Origin: Stegostoma tigrinum
Taxonomy: Eukaryota
Direction of reading: 5' to 3'
DNA length: 64,000 bases
Assembly: GCF_030684315.1 (NCBI RefSeq)
Contig: NC_081396.1
Location: forward strand, 2,046,001-2,110,000
Shown here piece after piece: positions 51,440-64,000 of this stretch. The notes below the pieces were generated by a model. The model was not told the DNA's origin and made no database searches. It worked only from the letters and a program-made list of their open reading frames with translations. Each line of letters opens with the position of its first letter. The stretch's first letter is position 1. The position numbers and the translations under genes are program-made.

Positions 51440-52840
51440 TTCTGTCCGTCATCTTGAAAAGCGGTCGGAGTCTGAAGAAGCACATTGGTACAGTCCTTTC
51501 CACCTTGGTCCAAGCTTGGGACGACACCAGTCCCAGACAAGCACAAAATCTCCGATCTGCGGCCACAAAGATTGATCCTGAATGTCGAGGTATTGTTCTG
51601 GCGTCTGTGGAGGTGGTCTGAAGGAGAACTTCACCTGCGAATGGAGAAACTTTGAAGATGATGTTAGTTGTCGGAAGTATCTTTGCATTTCTTCTCCCAT
51701 CACATCGAGGTCAATTTGGGTGGGTGGGCTGGTATTGGCCTCCCATGGTGTTCTGCTGGGTCGGCCATGGACTATTTCCGCTGCTGAGAGCCCAGTAGTA
51801 GTGTGGTGTGCTATTCGCATGTGATACAAGGCTCATGGAAAATTCTTTAACCAATTAAGGCCGGTTTCTGATGTCGACTTGGTCAGTTTAGTTTTAAGTG
51901 TTCCATTAGCTCTTTCCACTATCCCTGCTGCCCGAGGGTGGGAGGCACAGTCGAATTGTTGTTGGATGAGTAATGTATCACATAGTTCCTTATTAATTTT
52001 CCCTACAAAGTGAGGGCCGTTGTCCCAACTAATTTGTTGCGGTACTCCAAACCTTGGTATTACTTCAGTTAATAACAGTTTTACTACTGTTGAGGCTTTG
52101 TTTTTTGTCATTGGTAAAGCCTCTATCCATCTACTGAATACATCGACAAGGACAAGACAATATTTATAACAGTGTACGCGCGACAGTTCAATAAAATCTA
52201 GCTGAATGCATTCAAACGGTCCACCTGCAAGGGTGTTTTTCCTCGTGAGGATCTCACCCCCTGACCCACATTGTTTTGCTAGCATGTGGGACAAGATACT
52301 CTCCGAGACTGGGCTACCTCAGTCAGTCTGGGGTTCCAGCAGTACGGAGCATAATACCACTCATTCCATCCTTGACAAGGTGGGTGTCAGAATGCAGACA
52401 GTCAACAAGCATAGGTAATAAAGTATCAGATACACACACTTGGCCGACTGGGGTAACCCAAAGGCCAGCGGACGCAAAATGCAAACATCCATGCGCCTTC
52501 CAAATATTATTTTCATAAACAGGGGCGTCCCCCTGTAAGTGCCAAACAGTGACCATATCTGACATGCCCGTCTTGTCTGAAGTCGTGTGATGTACCACCA
52601 GCTTATTCATAGAGATATAATAAAGGCTCGGTCTGCAGCAGCCTGTTTAGTAGCCCGATCAGCCCGAGCGTTGCCCCAAGTAACTCTAGAATCAACAAAG
52701 GCATGGGCCGTGCATTTGATCATAGCCAATTGTTTAGGGAGGAGGATCGCCTGAAGGTTTTTAAAAGACAGGGAATTGTGGATGGGTGTACCTGACGACG
52801 TTACAAATCCACACTGGGTCCGGAGAGGGGAGTGGGGCAT
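51440..52840 (-). pseudogene. pol: ERV pol relic: RNase H C-terminus and integrase
   Basis: FVTSSGTPI..AILLPKQLAMIKCTAH..GNARAD; PFECIQLDFIEL..LVLVDVFSRWIEA..IPRFGVPQQISWDNGPHF..HPRAAGIVERANGTLK; GDFVLV..LGPRWKG. Confidence 0.92.
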
Positions 52841-53399
52841 CAGTACTGTCCGGGCAGGGAGAGGTCAGGAATTGGTTCCTCAGCAGGCAGTCATGTGGAC
52901 GTTAGCTCAGAAATAGTGCTGGGTTAATAGTGGAGCAGGAAGAGATGAGGAACAAATCACAGGGAGAATCTGGGAACAAGGAGAATAATGTCTGAGCTAC
53001 AGTGTCCAGACGAGTGGAGTATTCGGCAACTAGTCGTTATAATTCAAGTTTAAAGGGCCTATTGTCACCCTATCAGTGTCGGTATGATGCCTGTGCGTGT
53101 GTAAGTGATGGGAGGACCACAAGGTGTAGGACAGCCTCAATACCCATCTCCACAAGATGATTGCTATCAGATAGGAGTAAGGGCAACAGGGTGAGTACAC
53201 AGGAGGAACCTCTGCTCTGTGTCGTGTTTCATTTGCACAGTGTCACAATATCCCATTTACCAAACTAAACCAGGGAGGCAGTATGGGCACTGAGATGTGG
53301 TTGTGAATTTCAAAACACTGGTGTGTGCCATTGATAGAAAGGCGCTCTCCTGCCTTAAAGCACGGGCGGGGGGCAGAATTTCATGGTGCTGCAGATCTC

Positions 53400-54305
53400 G
53401 AATGGTTTCTGGAACAGTAAACAGGTGTTGGTGGTTCGAGTAGGCTGGAACCGAGACTAATGTTTTCCCGGGCCTCTCTTATGGGTTTTAAAAGGATCCT
53501 GTCGTCCCTCTTTTTGTTCACGAACGGTCTGGTCTGCGTCCTGTTTGTCTGTTCAGTTTTGGATCTGGTACGACAGGAGATAGGGTCTGCACAAGTTTGT
53601 CGGGGGATTCATGTGGGCTGACTACTGAAGGGCTTGGGGATTCTATAGGAGGTTTGGTTTGGTCAGCGTACGGCGGCGGTTGCTGGGACTGATGGCAGTG
53701 TTGGGGTGCCTGCAGATGTAGATTGGCCAAGGACGGTTAGGATTGTGGAGGGTGTAGAGGTCCCGACGGGGAAGAGGGGTCCTTCCCCAGACGTCCTTTC
53801 TTGTTCATCTGTGTCATAAATTTGGAACAACATCGGCATGCCAGATATGTCAGGAGGTACCTCCATTTTTTTTTTGTTTTCTGCCTCCCGCTCTAGCCCC
53901 CGTCCTTTGTCTCGTTGTTCTTTCTCCTGCCTTTCTTGGGTAACACTTTCCCTTTCATTATCTCATGATCCTCACACTGCAGTTTTGAAGTTTCCCCTCA
54001 TCATCACAGGCACTGATCCCTCTCCAAATGGCCAGTTTTGATTTGTCAGTCAGCTCCTCAGCTCTCTTTCCCAAAAATGACGTTAACCCTTTCCATCTCC
54101 TCCCTGTATGGCATGTCCATCGTGCTTCTTCTGCTTTAGTACATAAATCTATATCCCACGTTGCCCCCATTGGCCAATTGTCATTTCCCAATTTTTTGTT
54201 TAAGCATGCTGACAGACGTCTGTACTCTACTTCATTTTTGGGGTCATCCTGGCATAACCGATGTATAGGACTGCCGACACACTACTTATCCAGTGTTTGT
54301 CCAAT
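53400..54305 (-). pseudogene. gag: ERV gag relic (matrix, late domain)
   Basis: ATT-GQTLDK* (mutated MGQ start), WPMGATWD matrix motif, QQPPPY late domain; capsid not recognisable. Confidence 0.7.
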
Positions 54306-54619
54306 TTTTGCCTTTTGCTGTTCTTTTTTATTTCTTAGCACTTTCACTTTTTACTATCTCTATATACTGCAGCAGAGTCCTTTGTCTCAACACCCACTTC
54401 AGTGTCCTGACCTACACGTGGGGTATTTGTCCTCTTAACAACTGGTCTAAGCCAGGGTGGTTGAAACAGACAGACACTGTAACTACTCTATACCTCGGTC
54501 TTATACTAACCCCACTCCCTTTTCCCTCTTGCCCGACACAGGGTTTCACCCCCCCCCCCCCGACCCCGGTCACCAGGGGAAATCTATCCTCCGGGATTTT
54601 AAAAATTACCAGTTATCTG

Positions 54620-54810
54620 ACGTGAGGACTCTAACCCCGGCCACCGGGGGATTCTAACCTCCCGGATTTATTTACTCAGTTATCTGCCCTGGGGGCTCTA
54701 ACCCCGGCCACTCGGGGACACTAACCTCCCGGATTTCTTGAAACAGTTCCACCGGGATCTCGAACCTCCCGGATTTCTTTACTCACCTGGGGACTCGAAC
54801 TTCCAGGCTT
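54620..54810. repeat. Imperfect tandem repeats in ERV leader
   Basis: Units CTCTAACCCCGGCCAC..GGGG..CTAACCTCCCGGATTT repeated 2-3 times. Confidence 0.75.
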
Positions 54811-55014
54811 TACTGATTTAGCAGTCATCCAAGACCATGAGTTGTCTCGGGTTCCATCAGTACAGAGCCACGCAGGGGCAAGGAGTCGCACGGGTGGCAG
54901 GTTAGTGAGAGAGACCAAGGTGAATCGTACCTTGCGGGCCCATCCGTCTCACTGCACCGACACGCGAACGATCACTTATTCAGCCCTCCACGTGATACTG
55001 CTGTACATTTTGGA

Positions 55015-55032
55015 ACCCTGCTCGTTGCGCCA
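55015..55032 (-). promoter_or_regulatory. Primer binding site, tRNA-Ser(UGA)-like
   Basis: TGGCGCAACGAGCAGGGT, 2 nt after the LTR end. 17/18 match to the recalled complement of the vertebrate tRNA-Ser(UGA) 3' end (TGGCGCAGCGAGCAGGGT). Confidence 0.8.
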
Positions 55033-57199
55033 AATGTCAAGTTCGTTTTCGGAGACCCTCATGGACTTGCTGCAAAAACAAGACACTGACCTGTTTAGAA
55101 AAAAACACAAATCATTTTATTGCCAAGCAAGTACCAGCTGTGGAGAATCACTGTACTTCACCCGGCACAGGGTGCAGAGTCTCGCAAATAATTCTCCCTG
55201 ACTAGCGGACAGTCCTCGCTTTTCATACTTTACAAAAGACATGATACATAAAACAATCACGACAACAGACAAAAACAGGATACCAAACAATTATTACATC
55301 AACAACATAAAAGACCAGGATACAGTATCGATTGCTCATGAAGTAGCTGCTAATGGCAGGAGGCGATTTCGAGTTGTTGTCGGGGACAGATTGTGATTTC
55401 AAGTTGCCAGTGTGTCTGGCTAGTACAAAGTCAGTGCCCTGTCCCCAATGATATTGAACTGTTGGCGAAATTCAGCATGAATCTGTAGAACACCTTTCAA
55501 AGGACAGTCATTGGAATTGGAACATTTCATGTTTCTGTCTTTATTATCCTGCCATTGTCGTTGTTCTCTCCAACATCTCTTGGTTTAATAAACGTCTGGA
55601 ATGATTCCTGGTTATTTATATGATAGAAACTAAGCGCAGCCGAATCTTTCTGCTATGGATTGGGATTACCTTTAAAACACTTAAAATCACAAGGATTTCA
55701 TTATTATAACCAGAACAAGTTTTAGCAGTGGTTTAACGAGAAAATTAAGAAAGACTAAGCAAAGTTACAAATTGTAAAGAAAAAAAACAGACATGAGGGC
55801 ATTCACATTAGATCAAATACCATTAATTAGTGATAAAGAGAGGAATGAGGCTCCTTCAGAATGAACAGCGACTGCCACAATCATTGGTCCCGACTGCAGA
55901 GGTGGAGAGCAATGATGTTTCACTGGACTGACCGTTGGACTGGTCGGATTGTCCCGAGGGATGTCACGGGCTCCACTCTCTGCAGTTTTAAAAAGCGGGG
56001 AATGAACGCATCACACAGAGAAATTCTCTCTCGGGTTCAACTGAAACAACCGTCAGAAAAGGCTGTTGCAGAAATTCTTTCTTTATCTCTGTGAGAAATT
56101 TTGTTTGTCATCTAAGTATTCTCACTGGACTATATCATCTTTTAATCCAGTCCTCAGTTCCAAGACTGAATGAAGCCACCAGGTCAGCTGTTCAATTTTC
56201 TTGATCAGACGTTTGACCAAGTTCCCACGAGCTGCTCAGCAGTAAGTCATCACCAGCAAGTTTGAAGTAACGTAAGGATGGGGCATGGAAAGGAGGGAGA
56301 GAAAGTGGTTGTGGGGATCGTGGATTCAGGGACGTTGGGATCGGTTATTCTAGCATTACAGATCCACATTCTTTGTGAAACGAATTTCTCAAATAGAATC
56401 ACGTAAGGATGGCTGCAGGGATCACTGACAGAACACGTCGCCATCTTCAGCCCCATTGCTGCATATTGGGAAAATGTGGGAGTGGTTTGGAAAACCAGCT
56501 GGCAGAGCTGGTGAAATGACATAACACTGCAAAAATCTGAACATGGAGGGGTTTACTGCAAACTGATTGAGCCCTTCAAATACCTCAACATCGTGGAATT
56601 GCTGAGTGTGACACCGAGCACAGAAGGATTTGAAAATAAAACTGAGCGGAATGGGAATGAAAACCACAGTGCCTAGGAGTACGTATATGGTATGCAAAAA
56701 GCTGACCATCCTGACGATTACATACACAGTGACACAGAGCACAGAGAAGGAGCTAAACGAAATCATAGTTTCAGACGTTTGTCGAGCTTGACACTGAGCC
56801 CAAGGTTGGGGTGGGATAAGAAGGATAATTTGTCGCCATGATCTGCTCAATTAAATGGTATTTATAAATTTTACCAATGCATACCTTGTGGAGGAAATAT
56901 GTTGTTCACTGGAAGAATCGTAGTCATCACATAACCCAGCGTTTTTGTAACCTGCTGCATCGTTGCACACTGTCCCTGGAAAATCAATCAGTCAAGGAGA
57001 TCGCTTGCTTTATTTGGCACAAAAGGTGGATTCATCAATAACTTGTGTCTTCTAATACGACAAGTATTGTAAGAGGGAAAGTGTGTGTTTGGACTATAGC
57101 AAACAGCAAGGGTCAGGGACTGATTAATTTCCACATTCATTGGGGTCAGGGAGGTCGTGGACATGCAAAGTGAATAACATTCCTCAGTGTTGTATGTAC

Positions 57200-59030
57200 A
57201 TGTACAATATCCAAAAGTACAAAACAGAATGGGCCTTTAGGCCCACGATATTGCATCAAACATAACTCAAAATGAAACATTCATTTCTCCCGGCCACTAG
57301 TCGACTTCACTCCATTCAATGCATATTCAAATGCTCATCAAACAAAATCCCCTGGCTGTCATGATATTATCTGTCTCATCTACCACCCCTGGTATTGTGT
57401 TCCAGACTCCTCTCACCCTCAAAGAAAATGCCTCTCGCATCTGCATTGAACTCTCTCCTCTCATCTCAATGCCTCCCAGTGTTATATATTTTAACTCTGA
57501 GAAATAGATTCTAGTCTTCAACCCGATCTATGCATCTCATAATTTTGAAGACTTTTATCGAGTCGCCCCTCAAGATTCTGCACTCAAGAGAAAACAAGCC
57601 CAGTTTGCTCTAGCTTCTCCTTATTACTCATTCTCTCTCATGCAATAGCATCATGGTGAGCCTCTTCTGCACTCTCTGCAAAGCATGCACACCCGGTCTG
57701 CAATGTGAACACGAGAATAGAATGCAATAAGCGCCCAAAACAATGTCTTACAAAGTTGCAACATGTCATCCTGGCTCTTGGATCAATTTCCCAGACCAAT
57801 AAAGGCAAGCATGCCACGTACCTTCTTTACCACCATATCTATTTGCGTGGCCACTTTTAGCAGGCGAGAAACTTGAAATCCAAGTTCGTTCTGGAGACAA
57901 ATGTTGTTCAGAGTCCTGCCACTAACTGTGTACTATTCCTTAACATTTGTTCTTACAAACTACAAAACTTCACATCCACCAGATAAAACTCCATTTGCCA
58001 TTTCCCTTCCCAAATCTGCAAATGATATATATTCTGCTGAATCCTTTGACAAATTCTACATTGTACACAATTCCAACGGTCTTTGTATTACATGCAAACT
58101 GACGAACCCACACCCACCAGTAGTTTCGTCTCAGTTCTTTAGCTAATACATTTATGTAAATAATATATAACTCATGCAATACATCTACATTTATATCTAA
58201 GTCATTTAAATATATCACAAACAGCAGATGTCCCACTGTAGATCACCACACAATACTATTCGTCACTGGCCTGCAAACTGAAAAATATTCTTCCAAATCT
58301 ACACTGCCCTGACAATGGGCAAGCCTATTGCAAATTCAAGTGAACGTTCATCTGAATTTCCTTTTCAACAACTGCATGAGTGACCTTTTTGATAGCCTTA
58401 ATAAAATCCATGCTCCATCCACTGCTCTAACTTTATCGATCACCTTTGTCACCTCTTCGAAAAAATCACTTCAGATGTGACCTGCCCTGCCCAAAGTCAT
58501 GCTGATTGCCCCTAATTCCACCATTTTTTTTGCCAAATGTGTTTAAGCCCTATCCGTTAGATTTTTCTCCAATATCTTTTCAACCACCAATGTGAGACAC
58601 TCTGGTCTGCAGTTTCCGGGATTATCTTTCAACCATTCTATGACAGAGAACCAATATTAGCTCATCTCCAGTAATATGGGGCCTCTCCATTGGCTATCAA
58701 GTATACAACGATCATAGTTTAGGTCCCTGAAATCTGTTTTTGCCTCTTTAACAGTCTGCAGCAGATATTGTTGGACCCTGGGGACGTAACTAACTTACAG
58801 CTCTTCAAGATGATCAACACCACATCTTTCTTGATCACAAAATGTCCTGGCATAGGAGTATGTTTCACACTCTCAATGTCCTTCTCCTGGATGAATACGG
58901 ATGCTAAGCACATATTTATGATCTCACCCAAATTCTCTGTCTCCGTACACAACTTCCGTCTTTTATCCTTGAGTGGTGTTAGATTCTCTGACTGTGTCTA
59001 TGGGATAAATTCGGATTATTTTTAACACGA
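57200..59030 (-). mobile_element. CR1 LINE 3' half (paralog of 17795-19640)
   Basis: LLFVIYLNDLD..; collinear with copy A. Confidence 0.8.
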
Positions 59031-60036
59031 CTTATCAACACGAAATCTTGATTTTAATTTTTGTTTCTAGTCTTTTCTTTAAGAAAGGTAAATCCAAACA
59101 AATATTCCAACATCAATGACACATCTGGTTTTCGAATCCGTATTTCCAAATGTGGTCCATGTGCATTCTATCACTGGTCCAGGAAGCTCCAGGCCCAGCT
59201 AATTCTGAACTTTATATAACACTCAATCTTCTGAACATGCACAAACAATTTGCTGATTTTGACAGCACCAATATTTATATGTCACATCTAATCCTGCATT
59301 CCTTGCTCAATTCTGTTGTTTGCCTGTTCGACCCACTTCTGGTGTCAGTGGTTCTCTTCTGTTGAAATGTAATTGATATATAATTATATTTCTCTTAAAA
59401 TATCCGCCTATTCGTTTAGTAATAATTGACGTGGAGACACTCATAAGTATGTCTTTTTAATTCATTGCACTTAAGCTATACATCATTTAAAATATTTTTA
59501 TTCAATCACTTCCTGGCTCTGCATATTCAGAGAGGAGAGTTCCAAACTGTTCAGACGCTTTCAGGATACTAATGTTTGCTGGAAACTCTTTCAGCCACAG
59601 CCTACACCATCGTTGGTCATGTATGATCATGTAAAAACTGAAAGCTCCGAAGGACATTCTGCCGCCAAGCCGGCTCTGCCATTGTGTATAATGGTGCCTG
59701 ATAGTCCCATTGCTGATTGAATATACCGATTTGCCCGGGTGAGGAACTGTTCAAAAATACACAAGTAATTCGATGTCTTCTAGAAAATCGGGCAGATTGT
59801 TACGCAATGAATCTAGAAACGTTCACTCTCTGCATAATAGATAGTCAATAGCAGAAGTATGGAACGTCTACATGATGCACTGCGTAAACATATAAAACTG
59901 GAACACGGCTGAAATTCTCCGAGCATATCAACAAATTTTGTTTATTGTAGGAACAAACGATAATTATTTGAATAGCAGAAGTGGTTCCGTTTTAGTAAGT
60001 CACCAGTCTTTTTGATACTTTGCTTATGCGTGTCAC

Positions 60037-60438
60037 CTTGATACATGATTACATCTGTGCCTCCAATAGTGTTTTCCCAGGTAAGTGCTACTTTACAAGC
60101 TGTATCTCCTTCGCTGCGAAGTTTTCTTATTGGAGCTAAATATAATGTCAGCTTTAGCACTTTGAATGGGGCCCGATCCCGTACTCTATCTAACTTCTTA
60201 TGCATATAACTGCGCTTTTTCTCTTAATGTTTCACCAGCACATGATTCCCACTGGTCGAGTCGGTGCCCCCTGAAACAACACAATGATCACGCAATTAAT
60301 AAATGATCAAGATCCTATTAATGTCTGCATAACAATTGATTCTAATTGCACTGATTGCCGAATCTGATCCTGTCTCTGTGTGCATTATACCTTGTGGATT
60401 TCTGCAGTTATAACTGAACTTAGAACTATTTATTTCAT
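60037..60438 (-). pseudogene. Paralog of the leader plus Ig-like exon relic at 20645-21046
   Basis: Same 234-nt exon (60270-60037), splice sites and shared stops. Confidence 0.3.
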
Positions 60439-61410
60439 GAGACTGGACACTGAACCAGCTGGCACGATGATAGCTGTGTCATTGGTTGTGCTGAACTTCG
60501 CTTCCCCAATTGTGTCTTTTTCTTTTTGTTGATATTACGTACACTCTGTCTCTGTTAACAATAAGCCACAACATGTCTCTGCTTCTTTTGAACCAGAATA
60601 CATCTGAGTTGTTGTTTCTCTCGGCTGTGTCAATGGCATTAATTGTTACTGAAATGTTACAGACCTCTTCTGACGTTTCGCAAATTGTGTCCTTGTGCAC
60701 ATTCCAGATGATTTTATCCCATTTGCTACTGCACCAGATGATGAATATTTCTGCAATACATGAAACAAGCTTATGTTGCAGTATTAAATATTGACATTGG
60801 TCAACTGTTCCTGCTACAGAAGCTCTGAACAGAAGCTTCACCACTTGCATGGCCTTCCTGCACTTCCGATTGATCTAATCAAATGAAGGATATTTTTCAG
60901 ACTCACATTGGTCAAAGTTTGCACTTGAGAGTCACCTCCACGTTCAACTGAAATTTTATGGAATTGTTTGAGCAGTTTCTTCGCATTTGGCACTGGAATA
61001 TAAATTAATAAACACAAAGGATGAAGCACATTGACGCTGAAAATAGAGATTAAACTGAGAAATAAGATAAATGAGAATTGGGGAAGAAAAAGTTCTTATG
61101 ATGGGGACCCTGTTCAATGTTTTCCATCGGTGGATTTAATTGACAAAGACTGAAAGTCATGTTCTGGGAAGTTGGACGAACAAAGAAATTACAACGAGAT
61201 TGCCAAAAAAAAAGAAATATAATCATTTATTTTCGTGGAAGGCAAGAAGTAGTGAATTAATCTGCTTGTGCAGCAAAATGTCAGTCAGAAGCTTATTGTG
61301 TCTTAATTGTCCCTCAAGAGATTATCGCTCAAAATAATTGAGGGCCCATTTGAAAGTGCCACAGAGGAAACTTCCACAGCAACAACAGCTCCTACAGTTG
61401 ATGAAAGACG

Positions 61411-63699
61411 ATGCACGAACCAGTCATTGCCCCCTTCTTTGTCATTTGATGTTTAATTCTCGCTGTGTTTGGTGCCCCTGGTAAGGCTCTCATGCTTCAG
61501 AAAATTATTTTTGTAATTGTGTATTTCCAGAAATATATTCTTTCCCTTTCAGGATTCGGCAGAATTTTTGCAACATGCAGCACTTCCAGTTTAAGGGAAT
61601 CCAACTGGTCTCCAGTGTGTATAATACTTTATGGGATACTATCTGAGCTGTGGCAATTCATCGTGTATTACTGAAAATTTGATTTTTATGAAAGCCAATG
61701 TGTTCTTGAATGTCAAATGTTCTGTGCTTACAAAAAAAATAGCCTCTTAAACGCTGAATGACGAATTGTGATGATTGAGTATGCATGATTATGAAGCTGC
61801 ACTACTGCCATATCCCAAATTGCATTCCAATTGAGCAAAATGAAACTTGGCGTTTTAGTCCATTGTAGGATTAATAGTTTATCAGAATGCAGCAAAATCT
61901 CGTTCTGGACATTTATCATATCTGGAGTTCCCAATAATCGTGGCATTGTTCATGTCATTTTCGGAATGACTTAGATGTTCGTTTAAAAGTGTGAATATGC
62001 AAAATTTTCAAGCTCTCATTAATTGGCTCCTCTATTACAAGTTCCCCCATATTTGACATAATTATATTTGTGAAATACAATTCGCAGAAAAAATTGCTTC
62101 AGAATTATTCGGAGCAGCAATTGCACATCCTATCACAGCATGTCACTTTATGTTGCAAATATCACAGGAAAATTAGTGAACAAGTTTAATCCGAAGAAGA
62201 ATGAGATATTGCGAAAAAAAAGTTCTAAAAGGGACTTCTGAAAGAAGGGGACAGAAGTAGAACCGCTGAGTGGAGAACTCCAGTGATTTGGGCTTTACTA
62301 GTTAATCTGTTCCTGACAGAGTTGAAAGTATCAATGAAAGCGATGCACGGGAGACATCAGCACAGTTAAGAATAGAATTCAGGCAGTTGTATGATGGTGC
62401 AGGAACATATGTGGAGAGAATCTGGAGCATGTGAAAACTCAAAGGACCAGATTGGTCATCGCTAATGAGGATGCAACGTTCATGAAGGTTTGTGGGTGAC
62501 AGTATATCTGGGGCTTCAAATAAATAGGTTCATGAGCACCACATTATTCCATTCATTCTAAGGTAAGAAGTTGGTTCAGGAAATTTTCTAAGTGATGAAA
62601 CAGCGATGTCAATTCTTGTGACTTATTGCATTGATAGAGTTTTGACGCTGCATTGGATGTCAATCACTTGTCAGTTTTTCCACAACAGGCAGAGACTTGA
62701 AGTGGCAAGGGGTTGGTTGAAAATTGTTTCATAAAAGATTGTATGAAGGATGTTTGGAACCAGTTCCATCATGTCTTTCTCTTTTGATCTCTCACAGCCA
62801 ACTTGCTGGCTATCATAATCCTATCTCGAGGACGATGCGGTCTTTCCCGATGCATCACTTTCTACCAGATGACGATTGCAGTCACTGATTTTCTTGTCAT
62901 CATCACTGCGGTAATCTTCAACCGAATCAGCCGCATCTACTTCCGACAAAGTGTTTTGTCGACCACTCCTGCGTGCACTTTCAGCGTTTTGCTGGCCTAT
63001 ATCATTCGGGATTGCTCAGTCTGGCTGACTGTCGCCTTTACCATTGACCGTTCAGTGGCCATCTGCTTCCAGAATTTGAAGACCAGATACTGTACAGTGA
63101 AAACTGCATCTTTGGTCATCGGAATAATCTCTGCCCTGTGTTGCATCAAGAACATCCCATCCTACTTTAGCTATGAACCCTTATACATCTTCGATGAGGT
63201 ATCCTGGTTTTGCAATGTTAAAGCCAACTTCTATATTTGGCCACCTTGGCAGGCTTATGATTGGTTCTTCCAGATCTAAACTCCTTTTCTCCCATTCTTT
63301 GTCATTCTGATGCTTAATACCCTGACAATGAAACAAATCCTAGCAGCCAACAGAGCTCGCAGCAGATTCCAAGGTGCAGAGATGCAACAAGACCCAAAGA
63401 TGGCCAACCGCAGGAGGTCTATTATTCTTCTGTTCACCATCTCTCTCAGCTTCCTCCTACTGTGGGCACCTCTTGTCGGGCATTTCATTTTTACACAGCT
63501 TAAAGCGAAGAGCTACTTTGGTGGTCTGAATTTCAGTGATCCGCAGTATATCTTCCAAGAGATGGCCAACGTTCATCACTTACAAAGTTCCAGCAACAAC
63601 GTCTTTATTTATGCAATCTCTCAGAATACGTTTCGACAGGAGCTAAAGATCATTCTGATATACCCCTTTGTCATCCTCATCAATTGTTTTAAGCAGTGA
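61411..63699 (+). pseudogene. GPR139-like GPCR pseudogene (exons 61411-61480, 62798-63699)
   Basis: Paralog of 22118-24514 with splice sites intact, but TGT>TGA at 61447-61449 and TAC>TAA at 63277-63279; the polyA signal is deleted. Confidence 0.92.
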
Positions 63700-63719
63700 G
63701 AGGAGAGATTGCAATAGAG

Positions 63720-64000
63720 AGAGTGCATGAAGCTGAACGTAGATAAAGACCAAAGTACGCTATCAGAAGCTGATAAGATGCCACTGACTGCTCCGAAACC
63801 AACACAGGCGATTGTTTAATCCGAGATGATTGGCACTAATACAGAAAACTACCAGAAGATAGAGATGTACAGCCAGAGACATACACAGAAACCCGGGCTC
63901 CACGGTGTATCCTCAGTGGGTAGATACAGTTTTATTTCATCACATGGACTGTTCGAGGATTCTTTCAGCATTACATTGACAGTTTAAAACCATACTCGTC
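63720..64000 (-). pseudogene. V-domain relic (paralog of 27640-27900)
   Basis: GCTSLSSGSFLY*CQ..QSPVLV..SYQLLIA..GLYL. Confidence 0.35.

Larger units (their letters stand above)
49915..55447 (-). mobile_element. Defective class I (gamma/epsilon-like) endogenous retrovirus
   Basis: 3' LTR 49915-50407 (TG..CA), truncated 5' LTR 55035-55447, PBS 55032-55015, and gag, pol and env relics in order. Confidence 0.93.
46955..64000 (+). repeat. Segmental duplication copy B (runs off the window end)
   Basis: Collinear with 12260-27915, apart from the ERV insertion and loss of the equivalents of ~15153-16146 and ~24520-27612. Confidence 0.95.

Noticed and set aside
1-64000. CRISPR arrays, prokaryotic operons, rRNA, TCR D/J/C exons
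   Set aside because: None seen; the sequence is intron-containing vertebrate DNA and most short ORFs in the track are repeat-derived or chance.

Overview
Vertebrate, repeat-rich genomic DNA, almost certainly from a cartilaginous fish (shark). The evidence is HE1-type V-SINEs, CR1/HER1 LINEs, shark-type Penelope elements, shark-type C2H2 ZNF relics and GPR139-like receptors. The window looks like part of a T-cell receptor alpha/delta-type V array, or an orphon derived from one. It has one apparently intact L-V gene with a canonical 23-RSS (37400-37894). Around it lie about 15 V or V-like relics in both orientations, and no D, J or C segments were seen. The array is interleaved with a large segmental duplication (copy A ~12260-27915, copy B ~46955-64000+). 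Each copy carries ZNF relics, V-like relics and a two-exon GPR139-like GPCR, which is intact in A and has two nonsense codons in B. Copy B holds an internally deleted class I endogenous retrovirus with a tRNA-Ser primer site, and copy A holds a solo LTR of the same family in the opposite orientation. Also present are a Gmr1-like Gypsy relic, nested Penelope/CR1 insertions with hammerhead-like motifs, SINEs, a tRNA-Ala pseudogene and microsatellites. All alignments and identity figures were made by eye; no database searches were run.
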